Positions 12,115-25,240 of a stretch of 64,000 nucleotides of DNA are shown piece by piece. This DNA comes from Heterodontus francisci (lineage: Eukaryota). Numbering within the stretch: position 1 is the first letter of the stretch; each line of letters starts with the position of its first letter. The position numbers and the translations under genes were made by a program. Location: contig NC_090397.1 in NCBI RefSeq assembly GCF_036365525.1, positions 44,718,893-44,782,892 on the forward strand, in the 5' to 3' direction. The notes under the pieces are model-generated. The model made no database searches, had not been told where the DNA came from, and was given only the letters and a program-made list of their open reading frames with translations.

Positions 12115-14975
12115 CAAATATAGACCTGTTAATGCACAAGTGAAAAATGCAAAGCTGGATTGCATATACTTGAATGCAAGGAGTCTTACTAATAAGGCAG
12201 ATGAATTGAGGGCATTGATTAGCACATGGGATTATGATATTATTGCTATCACAAAGACATGGCTAAGGGAGAGGCAGGCCTGGCAACTCAGTATTCCAGG
12301 GTAAAGAATCTTCAGGCATGATAGGGGAGGGGATAAAAGAGGAGGTGGTATTGCACTGTTGATCAAGGAGTCAATTACTGCAGTAAGGAGGGATGATATC
12401 TTAGAAGGTTCCTCAAATGAGGCCATATGGGTAGAACTTAAGAACAAAAGGGGGGCAATCACTTGGCTGGGCGTGTACTACAGGCCTCCAAACAGTCAGG
12501 GAGAGATAGAGGAACAGATATGTAGGCAAATATCAGACAGGTGTAAAAATAATAGGGTAATAACAGGAGGGGATTTCAACTTACCCAATATCAACTGGGA
12601 TAGTCTTAGTGCAAACGGCTTAAAGGGGGAGGAATTCTTAAAATGCATACAGGAGAGCTTTTTGAGCCAGTATGTAGAAAGTCCTACAACAGAAGGGGCA
12701 GTACAGGACCTAATCCTAGGGAATGAAGCTGGACAAGTGGTAGAAGTATCAGTGGGGGAGCATTTCGGGGATAGTGACCATAACTTTGTAAGATTTAAGG
12801 TAGTTATGGAAATGGACAAAGACGGGCCAGAAATAAAGGTACTGAATTGGGGGAAGGCCGATTTCAATTTGATAAAACAGGATCTGGCCAAAGTGGGCTG
12901 GGAGCAGCTACATGTAGGAAAGTCTACATCAGTCCAGTGGGAGGCATTCAAAGAGAAAATGGTGAGTGTTCAGGGTCAATATGTTCCCATTAAGGTCAAG
13001 GGTAGGACCATCAAGTCCAGGGAACCCTGGATGCCCAGGGATATAGATCAGGGAAAAAAAAGGAGGCTTAAGGCAGATTCGGAGCACTGAAAACAGCGGA
13101 GGCATTAGAGGAGTACAGAAAGTGTAGGGGGGGTACTTAAAAAAGTAATTAGGAGAGTGAAGAGGGGACATGAAAAAAGACTGGCGGTCAATATAAAGGA
13201 AAATCCTAAGGCATTTTATAAGTATATTAAGGGCAAGAGGATAACCAGGGAAAGATTAGGGACCAAACTGGCAATCTGGGTGTGGAGCCGGAGGACATAG
13301 GTGAGGTTTTAAATGATTACTTTTCATCTGTTTTCACAGTGGAGAACGATGATGCAGCTGTAGAGATCAGGGAGGGGGGATTGTGATATATTTGAACATA
13401 CTAACATTGAAAGGGAGGAAGTATTAGATGCTTTAGCGGGCTCAAAAGTGGATAAATCCCCAGGCCGAGATGAGATGTATCCCAGGCTGTTGTGTGAGGC
13501 AAGGGAGGTGATAGCAGGGGCCCTGACATAAATTTTCAGATCCTCTCTGGCCACAGGAGAGGTGCCAGAGGACTGGAGGACAGCGAATGTGGTGCCATTA
13601 TTCAAGAAGGGTAGCAGAGATAGACCAGGAAATTACAGGCTGGTGAGTCTAACATCAATGATTGGGAAACTATTGGAAACAATTCTGAGGGACAGGATTA
13701 ATCTCCACTTGGAGAGGCAGGGACTAATCAGGGATAGTCCGCACAGCCTTGTCAGGGGGAGATCGTGTCTAACTAACTTGATTGAATTTTTCGAGGAGGT
13801 GATTAGATGTGTAGATTAGGGTAAGGCAGTTGATGTAGTCTACATGGACTTCAGTAAGGCTTTTGATAAGGCCCCGCATGGGAGATTGGTTAAGAAGGTA
13901 AGAGCCCATTGGATCCAGGCCAATTTGGCAAATTGGAAACATGGGGTAATGGTCAAGGGTTGGTTTTGCGAGTGGATCGGTGCTGAGACCCTTGCTGTTT
14001 GTAGTCTACATTAATGATTTAGACATGAAGATAGGAGGTATGATAAGTAAGTTCGCAGATGACATGAAAATTGGTGGTGTTGTAAATAGTGAGGAGGAAA
14101 GCCTTAGATTACAGGATGATATAGATGGGCTGGTAAGATGGGTGGAGTAGTGCCAAATGGAATTTAATCCTGAGAAGTGTGAGGTGATGCATTTTGGGAG
14201 GACTCACAAGGCAAGGGAATATACAATGGATGGTAGGACCCTAGGAAGTACAGAAGGTCAGAGGGACCTTGGTGTACTTGTCCATAGATCACTGAAGGCA
14301 GCAGCACAGGTAGATAAGGTGGTTAGGAAGGCATATGGAATACTTGCCTTTATTAGCCGAGGCATAGAATATAAGAGCAGGGAGGTTATGATGGAGCTGT
14401 TTAAAACGCTAGTTAGGCCACAGCTGGCGTACTGTGTACAGTTCTGGTCACCACACTATAGGAAGGATGTGATTGCATTGGAGAGGGTGCAAAGGAGATT
14501 CACCGAAATGTTGTCTGGGCTGAAGCATTTTAGCTATGAAGAGAGACTGAAAAGGCTAGGGTTGTTTTCCTTAGAACAGAGAAGGATGAGGGAGGACATG
14601 ATTGAGGTATACAAAATTATGAGGGACATTGATAGGTTAGATAGGAAGGGACTTTTTCCCTTTGCGGAGGGGTCAATAACCAGGGGGCATAGATTTAAGG
14701 TAGGGGGCAGGAGGTTTAAAGGGGATTTGAGGGAAAACTTTTTCACCCAGAGGGTGATTGGATTCTGCAATGCACTGCCTGAAGTGGTGGTAGAGGCAGG
14801 AACCCTCACAACATTTAAGAAGTATTTAGATGAGCACTTGAAATGCCTTAGCATACAAGGCTACAGGCCAAGTGCCGGAAAATGGGACTGGAATAGTTAG
14901 GTGCTTGATGGCTGGCACAGACACGATGGGCAAAGGGGGCCTGTTTCTGTGCTGTATAACATTATGACTATGACT
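12115..14975 (+). mobile_element. CR1 LINE (CR1-B), essentially whole decayed ORF2, nested in CR1-A
   Basis: EN motifs (CIYLNARSL, YYRPPN, GDFNLPNINW, GDSDHN), RT motifs and C-terminus ...GYRPSAGKWD. The 3' tail ends ATGACTATGACT. Multiple stops and frameshifts. Confidence 0.9.
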
Positions 14976-17358
14976 GAAAAGGTTATTGCAGAAAATGAAA
15001 GCTCATGGTGTAGGGGTAACATATTGGCATGGATAGAAGATTGGCTCAATAACAGGAACCAGAAAGTAGGCATAAATGGGCAATTTTCTGGTTGGCAAGA
15101 TGTAACGAGTGGTGTGCCACAGGGATCTATGCTGGGGCCTCAACTTTTTACAATTTATATAAATGACTTAGATGAAGGGACCGAAGGTATGGTTGCTAAC
15201 TTTACTGATGACACGAAGATAGGTAGGAAAGTAACTTGTGAAGAGGACATAAGGGGGCTACAAAGGGATATAGATAGGTTAAGTGAGTGAGCAAAGACCT
15301 GGCAAATGGAGCATAATGTGGGAAAGTGGGAAATTGTCCACTTTGGCAGGAAGAATAAAAAAGCATATTATCTAAATGGTGAAGGATTGCAGAGCTCTGA
15401 GATGCAGGGTGATCTGGGTGTCCTAGTGCATGAATCGCAAAAGGTTAGTATGCAGGTACAGCATGTTATCGCGATGGGAATTGAATACAAAAGTAGGGAG
15501 GTTATGCTTCAGCTATACAGGACATTGGTGAGACCATATCTGGAGTACTGTGTACAGTACTGGTCTCCTTATTTAAGGAAGGATGTAAATGCGTTGCAGG
15601 CAGTACAGAGAAGGTTTACTAGACTCAAACTTGGAATGGGCAGGCTGTCTTACGAGGAAAGACTGGACAGGCTAGGCTTGTATTGACTGAAACATATAAG
15701 ATTCTGAGGGGTCTATCACAGGTAGATGTGGAAAGGATCTAGAACTAGGAGTCACTGTTTAAAAATAAGGGGTCGCCCATTTAAGACAGAGATGAAGAGA
15801 TGAGAAATTTTTTTCTCAGAGTTGAGAGTTTTTGGAATTCTCTTCCTTGAAAGGTGGTAGAAGCAGAGTCTTTGAATATTTTTAAGGCAGAGGTGGATAG
15901 ATTCTTGATAAATAAGGAGGGGGGTGGAAGGTTATCGGGGGTATGTGGAAATGTGGAGTAATCAGTTCAGCCATGAAACTTATTGAATGGCGGAGCAGGC
16001 TCAAAGGGCCGAGTGGCCTACTCCTGCTGCTAATTTGTATGTTCGTATCCTCAGGCACCACTGGCTGGCCAGGTGGCAGGTCTTAGGTATCTGAAAGCAC
16101 AAGTGCACAAGAAGAGGGTTGGAGTGAGGGAAGAGGGTGTAGGTGGAAAGATAGAGGTGCATGGTGACACCATCTGCTGCATATATATTATACCAGATTG
16201 CGGGATGAGGGTCGTGAGATTTCAGAAGATGCATAAGGCAGGGACATACCATCCTGGATGGATTCAGCGATGCTGGTTGCTATGGCCTCAGTGATGACTA
16301 CGTCAATAACGCCGAGCAAAGGGTGAGGATGGGAAGCTGTGTCTGTCCACTGCTGGTTCTTTCCTGCCCTCTCCTGTTGTGTCACCTTGTCTGGCAAGAG
16401 AGAGGGAACAGTATCGATAAGTGTGTTGCAATCTGTTTGGATGATGTGTCTGTCATAGCTGACTAGCTGGAAGAATGTGGAAGCTGCGTGATGTGGATGA
16501 GAGGCTTGCAGCAGTGGTAAGTTTGTGACAGTGAGGTGAAGCATATGAATGCTAGACATGAGTCCTGATTGCTAGAGATTGTTGATGGGTGAGTGATTGG
16601 GTGTTCATATTGAGCAGTGTGTGAGGTTGGTGGGGTGCTTGGTTGGAGATGGTGTTTGAAGATGCAGTCACTGCTGACTTTAACCTCTTGTGAGGTTATT
16701 AACCTTTTTATGGCACTATATCCAGGTCCTCGGAGTCAGACTCCTTGCAATGATCTCCATGGCTATCTACTCCCACAGTCTTCATTGTGTATGCCTGGCT
16801 CGCTTCCTGCAGAAAGATGATCTCTCTCCTCCTTTCCACCTCCTGCACTAAGGCCTCCAGCACTGCATCGGAGAACCTAGGAGCCTGCTCTCTCGCCTAC
16901 TGCTCCAATGCTCTGGTTTCTTGCTGCTTAGAAAGTCTTTCCCATCCACTTCCAACACTTGTTGCAGCCAGAATGAACCTCTCCTTTAAGGGGCACAGGG
17001 TGACCTTAGGAAGTGCAGTCCAGTTTTAATTGGTTCGAGTCTCATATTAACGTGCAGCCACTTAGCAGCGCATTTAGCACTAGACTGCACACCACATTCG
17101 TGGAGATCAGCAGGCATTTTGAAGTTTGTGTTCTGCTTGCATCACTTCCATCTGGCATGGGGCAATCGCGCATCACGATCCTCGTGCCCGCTAATAGGCC
17201 TTATCAAATTTTAAGCCTAATTACAACACCCCCTTAAAGTTATTTATTGTACACAGAAATATTAATTCAAGAAACAGGCCTGTACAAATATGGTCATTTT
17301 TGAAATATGTTGGGAAACACCCAGGCTGACTGTTCGCCTTTTTATTTCCCATCAATCA

Positions 17359-18300
17359 ATACCTTGCTCTACGGCAGTGAGGCCTGGACAACGTATGTCA
17401 GACAAGAGTGACGTCTCAACGCATTCCATCTTCGCAGTGGTTAGCACCGCAGCCTCACAGCTCCAGGGACCCGGGTTCAATTCTGCCTGTGCGGAGTTTG
17501 CAAGTTCTTCCTGTGACCACGTGGGTTTTCGCCGGGTGCTCTGGTTTCCTCCCACAGCCAAAGACTTGCAGGTGATAGGTAAATTGGCTGTTGTAAATTG
17601 CCCCAAGTGTAGGTAGGTGATAGGGAATATGGGATTCCTGTAGGGTTAGTATAAATGGGTGGTTGTTGGTCGGCACAGACTCGGTGGGCCGAAGGGCCTG
17701 TTTCAGTGCTGTATCTCTATATAAATAAAAATAAATAAATTCTTGGCATCAGGTGGCAGGACCGCATCTCCAATGCAGAAGTCCTCGAGGCAGCCAACAT
17801 CCCCAGTATGTATGCCCTACTGAGCCACCAGCGCTGGAGATGGCTTAGCCATGTGAGTCGCATGAAAGATGGTAGGATCCCCAAGGACGTAATGAACAGC
17901 GGGCTCATCACTGGTATTAGACCCACTGGCCGCCCATGTCTCCGCTTTAAAGACATTTGCAAACGCGACATGAAGTCTTGTGACATTGACCACAAGTCAT
18001 GGGAGCCAGTTGCCAGCGATCGCTAGTGCTGGCGGACAGCTATAAAGGCGGGGCTGAAGAGAGGCGAGTCAAAGAGACTCAGCAGCTGGCAGGAAAAGAG
18101 ACAGCAGTGTAATGGAGAGAGCCAACTGTGTAACAGCCCTGACAACCAACTTTACCTGCAGAGTCTGTGGAAGAGTCTGTCACTCTAGAATTGGCCTTTC
18201 TAGCCACTCCAGGCTCTGCTCCACAAACCACTGACCACCTCTAGGCGCTTACCCATTGTACCTCCAGTCAAGGAGGCCAAAAAGGAAAGGAAAAAAGAAA
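17359..18300 (+). mobile_element. RTE-clade LINE 3' fragment (interrupted by SINE at 17433-17739)
   Basis: Reads TLLYGSEAWTTYVRQE*RLNAFHL...ILGIRWQDRISNAEVLEAANIPS...RMKDGRIPKD...RPTGRPCLRFKDICKRDMK, with a C-terminal CRVCGRVCHSRIGLSSH zinc knuckle. Probable TSD AATCAA. Confidence 0.85.
17433..17739 (+). mobile_element. tRNA-derived V-domain SINE (HE1-like)
   Basis: tRNA-like head (CGCAGTGGTTAGCACC...GGGTTCAATTC), V-domain core (GGGTGCTCTGGTTTCCTCCCACA) and CR1-type tail (GGCACAGACTCGGTGGGCCGAAGGGCCTGTTTC). Confidence 0.85.
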
Positions 18301-20036
18301 TCAAAGAGCCAGAAGTTTTGGCAAGGTATGTTTCTAGAATGAAGAGCTTTGGGAAAATGCCAGTTCAATTCTTTAATGAACATAAATCTAAATATTGAGA
18401 CCTGCACTTGAACTATTTTCAGTACTTTGTATAATGAATAAAACGTAAGTATTTTTTGAGTGAAGAACATGGAACATATATTTCCATAAAAGGGTTCAGC
18501 AAAATTGCTGAATGCCAAATAATAATACAAAGGACTGAAAATAGCTCATGTGCAGGTCTAAATATTTAGATTTATGTTCATTAAAGGACTGAACTGGCAT
18601 TTTCCCAAAATTAGGTCTTCATTCTAGAAACATACCTTCCCAAAACTTCTGGCTCTTTGACTGATGAGAAATAAAAAGGCGAACAGTCAGCCTGGGTGTT
18701 TCCCAGCATATTTCAAAAATGACCATATTTGTATAGGCCTGTTTCTTGAATTAATATTTCTGTGTACAATAAATAACTAATAAGAGGCTATCTTTAAATT
18801 ATCATAGTTTTCACAAGACTACAGAGTTATCTGATGGGGAGGGGCCAAATGAAAGTGAGAAAGAGAGGATTTAAAATATGTTTTTAAGAAGTATGCAGGG
18901 AGGATGGAAGAATGTGTAAACAAAACAGCATTCTCTGAATTATTTTAAAAACAAACAACAGTGAATGGCTCCAAAATAAAAGCGAAGTTTGAGTCCCTTA
19001 CAAAGAATGTGAAGTTTAGAGGCCATTTTGGGATTTAATTCATACCTGCAGTAAATCAATAACTGGTAATTCAATCATATCATTGCACTTGAGATTCTGA
19101 CGCATTCCAGGATGCAATACCAATTACTTTGTGTTCAGTAGTGAGATTTAAAGCACTGTAATTAAAAGGTTCAATGAAGTAACACATTGGGGTAGATTTT
19201 CAACTTTGTCACCCAGGTGTAAAGCTGGTGTTGTGAATCAACTAGCTGCCTTTTACGGAAACTACCCAATTTTCATTTCCACTTAATTCAACAGGCAGCT
19301 GTAACCCCAATTTTGAAAATCTATACCATTATTTCAATAAACATCTTTCAGCTTACAGTTAAAGTCAGGCAATATTAAATTGTTTTGTTTGTAGAGAAAA
19401 CCATAGCAACATTTTCTTCAAGCCAGAAAATTTGTATCAGATGGTTTGTATTTGTTCTGTTAATTGTTCCAGATGCGTAAGAGTTTCTGTTTTGAGATCC
19501 CTCAGTAAATCATGGGGCAGGGTGGGGGAGGGTGGGGGAGGGTTTCTTCCTTAAATGAATGTCATCACATTTAATTGTCATGCATAAAGACAGAAAACAG
19601 CTAGTTTCAAGAAATATTTGAAGGCCTGAAAGTAGATAGTTCCCCATATGTTTTCTCGTTTTGAAACATATGGAAAAAATTCTAAATGTAGTTTAGTGAA
19701 TTGATGACTGGGTGAGAATTAACCCATTAAGTAATTAGTTTATTTTGTGCAGGGCACGGTAAGTTGTACATTTGCACCCATGTTTCTCCAAGATTACAGA
19801 GTTTCTGGTTGCACTTGGAAACTCTCCTGAAGGAGGTAACAAGCAGATACAAGAAGAAATTAAGCCATCAGTTCTGTCAATTCAGACTTGTGTATTTCTC
19901 AGCTGTCAGTTACATAGTCACAACAGTACGGATCTAAGAACCAAGTTACTTGTCTTCCCTCTCAGTCATATAAATATTACACAGAACCTGGGAAAGAGGA
20001 ATCAAAAAGCACAAATCTTTCAGACAGTATAACATA

Positions 20037-20710
20037 GGCAGGGATTTTGGCTTGGGGGCGGGGATCTCTATCACTGGCAAAAGCTTCGGCTTTCCTCTGG
20101 GAAAGGCCCACTGGATCAAGTGCCAATTAGGCACTTGTGGACAGCGACAGGCCTTCCCCTGGATCAAGGACCCCAGCAATGGAAGTCCCGCCTGCTGGGA
20201 GCTGTTGGCCAATTAGAGGTCGGCTGCTCTTTAACTGAGCAGCGCCACTGCGGAGGCAGTGCCTGCTGCCAGTAATGGACACACTGGAGGTGCTGGACCC
20301 AGGCCACAGGTAAGTCAGGGTGCGAGGGGTTTTACAGGGTGAGGGATGCGGGTAGGGGGATCGGCAGCAAGGGCAGGGGGTGGCTCTCAGCAGGCCTCCC
20401 CTTCCCAATGCTAGGACCCTTGATCAGGCACTAAGTGCCTTTTAATGAGGGAACCCCCCTCGTCCCCCCCAATGGAAAGCAATCCATTCTGGTTTGCTTG
20501 TTGCACTCCTCGTGGCGAAAGGCCTGCCCGCTGCTGGGATAATTCCAGCGACAGCGAGATGGGGAGGGAATTGACGGTGAGGAGGGAATGCCATTCGCAG
20601 GCCTTCCCACCCCGGACTTAATTTGGGTGGAGCCGTGAAGTTGGCGGGGATCCCCTCCACCACCATCCCGCCTCCAGATCAGACATGGGGGATGGAATAA
20701 AATTCCCCCC
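20037..20710. mobile_element. Harbinger-type non-autonomous element (MITE)
   Basis: Imperfect TIRs GGCAGGGATTTT / AAAATTCCCCCC, 3-bp TSD ATA, and a GC-rich interior related to 21774-22441. Confidence 0.7.
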
Positions 20711-21469
20711 ATAATATTTACCCCACCCCAACCAAATACCCTGCATGGTATAAAAAGTAAATTACAGCATGGTTTTATTAATCCAATAGAACCTTTTTAA
20801 AATGTTAGCTTTGGAATCTATCTGAAAAAGTATTGTAGAATTGGGTGTCAAACTAACACGATATGTCATGGGATTTGTCTATTAGTAACATGCTTCCTAT
20901 CAGGGATCATAGAGTGCAAGTAGTTACTGTATTGAGAAACTGACACTTGCTACCATAGACAGCCTAACAGATGTGAATTGATCATTTTTAACTTCAACAA
21001 TATTTACCGTAAATATTCATGAGGAGTATTATGTTATTTTTTATATTTTTATTATATTTTTAACAAAGCTTATAATATAATAATTGATGCTGTTATACTG
21101 CACAACAATACAATATAGTACAGGGTCTCTGGGATGAATTTTAATCTGGTGTGCGTGGATTTTGGTGCAAATTGAAATTGAAAGTGCATAGGGAAGCCAG
21201 TTCCAACTCACCAACTTCTGCATTTCACTTGAGCGCGTTAGGCTGCACGCGCACAACCCCTCAGGAGAGGCAGGTTAACAATGCCATGTGTTAATCACTC
21301 AATTAAAATGATAATTTAACACACTTGAGTTCAAGGTCGGGGCCATAGGTTTCCCAGCTTCCTTGCCAATGAAACCAAGGCAAGTACACAGCATCAATTG
21401 AGGGAGTGGAATCAATCTCAGGGAAATTCCTAATGAATAGCGAGTACTCTCAGCTGCTTTCTTAATTGG

Positions 21470-21665
21470 ACTTCTCTCACTAAACCTCTCCACCTTTCTC
21501 TCCTCCTATAAGATGTTCCTTAAAACCTACCTCTTTGAGTAAGCTTATAGTAGGCGGACATAATATCTCCTTTGTTGACTCAATGTCAATTTTTCTGATT
21601 ACACTCCTGTAAAGCGGCTTGGGACATTTCACTGCAGTAAAGGCACTATATAAATGCAAGCTCTT
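21470..21665 (+). mobile_element. L2 LINE 3' end
   Basis: Reads CCTTAAAACCTACCTCTTTGA...GTAAAGCGGCTTGGGACATTT...AAAGGCACTATATAAATGCAAG, the typical L2 tail. Confidence 0.75.
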
Positions 21666-21773
21666 GTTAAGTATAACCTGTCCTTCCTGGTATTGTTCTA
21701 GCAAATCTTTACTGTACTATTTCTATGGATCTAATATTCTTTGTACAATGCAGTGTCCAGAACTGCACACAAT

Positions 21774-22441
21774 GGGCTGAATTTTATCAGCCCTCTAGGG
21801 ATTGCGGGGGGAGGGGGGGGCCATAAAATGGCAAGGGAAGGCTGGGGTTGGGGTGCCCGATGCCACTGAATTGTGTCAGGGCAGGGAAGGTCAAGGACAG
21901 GCCTTCCCGCCCAGAGGCCAATTGATGCTGTTAAGTGGCCACTTAAGGGCCTTTTCCTGCTGTCTCTGGTATTTTACCTCGCCCCGCCACATGGGGATAC
22001 CGTCCAGCATAACAAAGCAGCCTCCCTGAGAGCTTGGGCAATCTGTGGAACATGGAGGCCCCCCGGCGGAAAAAGCTGCCCATGTGTCAACACACCCCAC
22101 TTGCCCTCCTCATACCCGCACCCCACCCCTTGCCAGTGCTTGCCTGCCTGCCCTTAGCAAACCCACCCCTACTTACATGCTTCCAAGTCCGGTGTCCATG
22201 TTGCCTCTTCTAGCTGGGTGCAGTCCCAGCAGTAGACACTGTTCCTGGTGGCACTGCTGAATTGTCAGCCCTCTGATTGGCAGGCAGCGCTTAGAGGTGA
22301 GATAACACCGTCGCCAGGTATTTAACTGCCTGAGCGCTATAAAATGCGGCTGGAGGTCCCCCAAACAGCTGCGGACTGGCTCCCCCCGCTGTCTTTCTGG
22401 CCTGGCGTCAGGACTCCTGCCACCTCCATAAAATTCAGCCT
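21774..22441. mobile_element. Harbinger-type non-autonomous element (MITE)
   Basis: TIRs GGGCTGAATTTTAT / ATAAAATTCAGCCT; 3-bp TSD AAT on both sides. Confidence 0.8.
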
Positions 22442-23175
22442 AATGTTTCAACTGTGACTCACCCAAAGTCTTGAACAAATTCAACATTGCTTGCTGTTGT
22501 AGTCTGTGCCCCGATATATAACATCCTGCAGCTCATTATCCTCTTATCTGTACACTTAGCTTTAATGATCTATAGGGTAGAATTTGGGCATGAAAAGTTA
22601 GGAGGCCTCACAGAATTTTCTGACCATTAAAATTAACAGATAGAAATTCTGCAGTACTCACTGACCTTTGCACCTGAATTCCTGATATGCGCTCAGAGTC
22701 CATGAAGCTCAATGCTGGGAGAACAAATTTGTAAAATCTACCATTAAGTACCTAGCCCTCAACTCGCTCTGTTCCATACTGTGCCAACAATTCTACTAAT
22801 GTGATCTCAGTTGCAACACTGAGGGTTGTACCATGTTGAAGGCAGGCACTTTTCTACAGAGAGAAAAAGGTTAATTAAAATTAAATAATTTGGAGAGATA
22901 TCACCTCAGGTTGTTTTCATGCATGTCCAAGAAAGCAGTTACAGAGCTACATTGACAGACTCTTGGGAGTATGCAGCTTCTCACCCTCTTACCAGTTAGG
23001 TTTGTAAGCATTCGAGGGGAATAATACTAAATAGCTTGCACATTTTTTTCTCCTCCCTACAAAAAGTTCTGGATTGACATTGATGGCCTCTGTTGAAAGA
23101 GATAAAGAAGATTGCTGCTAAAAATGGAACATGCCTGTAATGTTGTGCATTTCTTGAAAAGGCAAAACACTATAG

Positions 23176-25240
23176 GGGTTAAATCGGATAGCCTCCCGAA
23201 ACCGAGTGGAGGGTTATTTTAATGCACGGTTAACCCATGCCCATTGTGCTGCCAGTTGTTTTCCATGATTGCAGCGACCAGCCAGCATTAAACGTGCTGT
23301 TTATTGGCTGGAGGCCTAGCAGGGGACCAATACTGTGAGTGACAAGCACCAGTTAAAGCTAGCCTGCTCCACTTTAAAGGGGAGGTGCATTGTGACTGGC
23401 GAAGGTGCCTGGAGTCCTTTGTGAGCTGAATCTGACCTGGGAAAGAAATAATGGCACAACATGGGAGAGAGCAGGCTCCAAGCTTTTCAGATGATACACT
23501 GGAGACCTTGGTAGAGTCGGTGCAAAGAAGGAGATATATCCTGTATCAACAGAAGGCAGTGGGAGCAGATAGCTGCACAGGCCAATGCCATGAGTCAAGC
23601 CCCAAGGATGCAGTGCCACACGTACTTCAATAACCTCACACGAATGGTTAACATGAGAAATTGCAGCTTCAAATGCCATATCCTACCACTGCAGCACTAG
23701 CCTCAGACACTGCTCAATTCACCATACTCCTATCTCTCATCCACCAACAATCTATCAGTTAGGACTCATACCTGACATTCATATGCTGAACTGCACCCTC
23801 ACATACTTAGCACTGCTCGCACCCTCACATACTTAGCACTGCTCACACCCACACCTCACAGCTTGTAAACACAGCCAGCTATTCAACTATGACAGCCATA
23901 TCACCCAAACAGATTGCAAGGCACTCACTGACACACTTCCCTCTCTCTTGCAGGACAAGACGGCGGGGAACTGGAGGCATCATGAGTTAACTGGAGGGGG
24001 ACAGACAGGCCTACATGGAGTAGATGGTACTGGCCTTTATTGGGATGTCCATTGCTGGAGCCATGGTCTGTGGCAGGACTGAAACCATCAAAGATGGTGG
24101 TATCCGCATACCTAGTCTTCCTTCTCACATTGCACCTCCCTTTCATGCCACATCTTCTGATTTACAAGTGCCAGACGATGTGAGTATGCATCTCTTATTT
24201 CTATCACCACCCCCGCTAACTCACCCCACCACAACCTTACCCTTGTGCCTTTCTCCTTTAAGATCCAAGAATTACGACCTGGCCAGTGGCTGGAGCTGAA
24301 GATTTTTGTAACATCTTGCAATTTTCCGTCCCACTGTTGAACGAGTGAGGTCACTGATGCTCTTCTATTCACTGACAACTAATTACATTTTATTCCCTCC
24401 TGCCAGAGAGAAGTAGGCAGATCAAGCATGCAACTTCACTAGAATTACAGGGTTTCTCATGGTGCACATCGCTTTGTGGGCACTGAATGTCAGCTCTGCC
24501 CTGTACCGTAATTCTGTCAACATCCAGCTGGGTTCTAACCATAGACAGAAAATCATGCAGGTCAATTACCAGCACGCTGGTAGAAGTCATGATGCCTTCA
24601 TTCTGTGGCAGCTGCATTTGAACCACCACGGCAAACCAAAGATGGCTACTGGGTAACAAGGGCTATCCACATGGCTGAAGACTGCAGTGTGCAAACTATG
24701 CACACGTGCACAGCATGCATACAATGAAAGCCATGCTGTCATACAAAATGTGAAAGAGCAGACCAATGGGTTGCTAAAACAGCACTTCCACCGCCTGGGC
24801 CGCTCCAGAGGTGCCCAGCAGTCCAGACACATAAAAGTCACCTTCACGGCAACTGGCAATGCAATCCATGCCCGGCTCTGTGTTTGCAGTTGTGGCTGCA
24901 GCAGGTGGCAGATTTCAGTGAGGACGTCCTTAATGAAGCACAGACGTCTGACAATGTTCCTCGCGGGGGTTAAAGTAGGGGAATTGCTCACTCTAAATCC
25001 TGAGCAGATAGGGCCTCCCACTGAGAGCCATTCCCCTCACCGCTCCTATCCCTCTTCCAGCAGCTTGTCCTACTTTACAGCCCCTCTGTTCATTCTCTAA
25101 GTCATGCAATTGCAAGGGGAATGGGTGCTGATGCACCCCTGTTTGGGAATAACTGGTGTGTACAGAAGCCTTGAAGTCAGCAAAAAGTGCTTTAGCACCT
25201 ACCACACCACTCCTTGTAGACTTTTGAAGCTTTTAACAAG
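23176..25240. mobile_element. Decayed autonomous-type Harbinger transposon (Myb/SANT gene + DDE transposase) with internal inversion
   Basis: 23451(+) reads MAQHGREQAPSFSDDTLETLVESVQRRRYILY. 24275-24830(+) gives SVNIQL...AGRSHDAFIL, WLLGNKGYP and YNESHAVIQNVKEQTNGLLKQ (DDE_Tnp_4-like core). 24835-24950(-) gives EICHLLQPQLQ...ALPVAVKVT (transposase N-terminus). Confidence 0.8.

Larger units (their letters stand above)
10206..16047 (+). mobile_element. 5'-truncated CR1 LINE (CR1-A) in three pieces: 10206-10705, 11828-12114, 14976-16047
   Basis: The RT is continuous across the two insertions: GPDGLHPRVLKE...WKIANVTPLFK|KGG...YLDFQKTFDKVPH|KRLL...GVPQGSMLGPQLF...FTDDTK. Ends in a CR1 3' UTR. Confidence 0.85.
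9340..17218 (-). mobile_element. Harbinger-associated Myb/SANT-like gene remnant, split by nested CR1 insertions (10206-16047)
   Basis: Around 16810-16905(-) it reads AREQAPRFSDAVLEALVQEVERRREII, a Myb/SANT-like start. A second exon-like piece at 16270-16390 reads DKVTQQERAG, and the C-terminal part lies at 9340-10205. The right end resembles the left end of the copy at 23176. Confidence 0.7.
17238..18778. repeat. Long inverted repeat: left arm 17238-17358 + 18301-18432, right arm 18525-18778, 92-bp spacer
   Basis: The reverse complement of 18525-18778 aligns at roughly 90% or better (by eye) to the two left-arm pieces once 17359-18300 is removed. Confidence 0.9.

Noticed and set aside
23451-24830. 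Domesticated NAIF1/MSANTD or HARBI1 host genes
   Set aside because: Frameshifts, stops, loss of a catalytic motif, an inversion and multiple related copies in the window indicate dead transposons.
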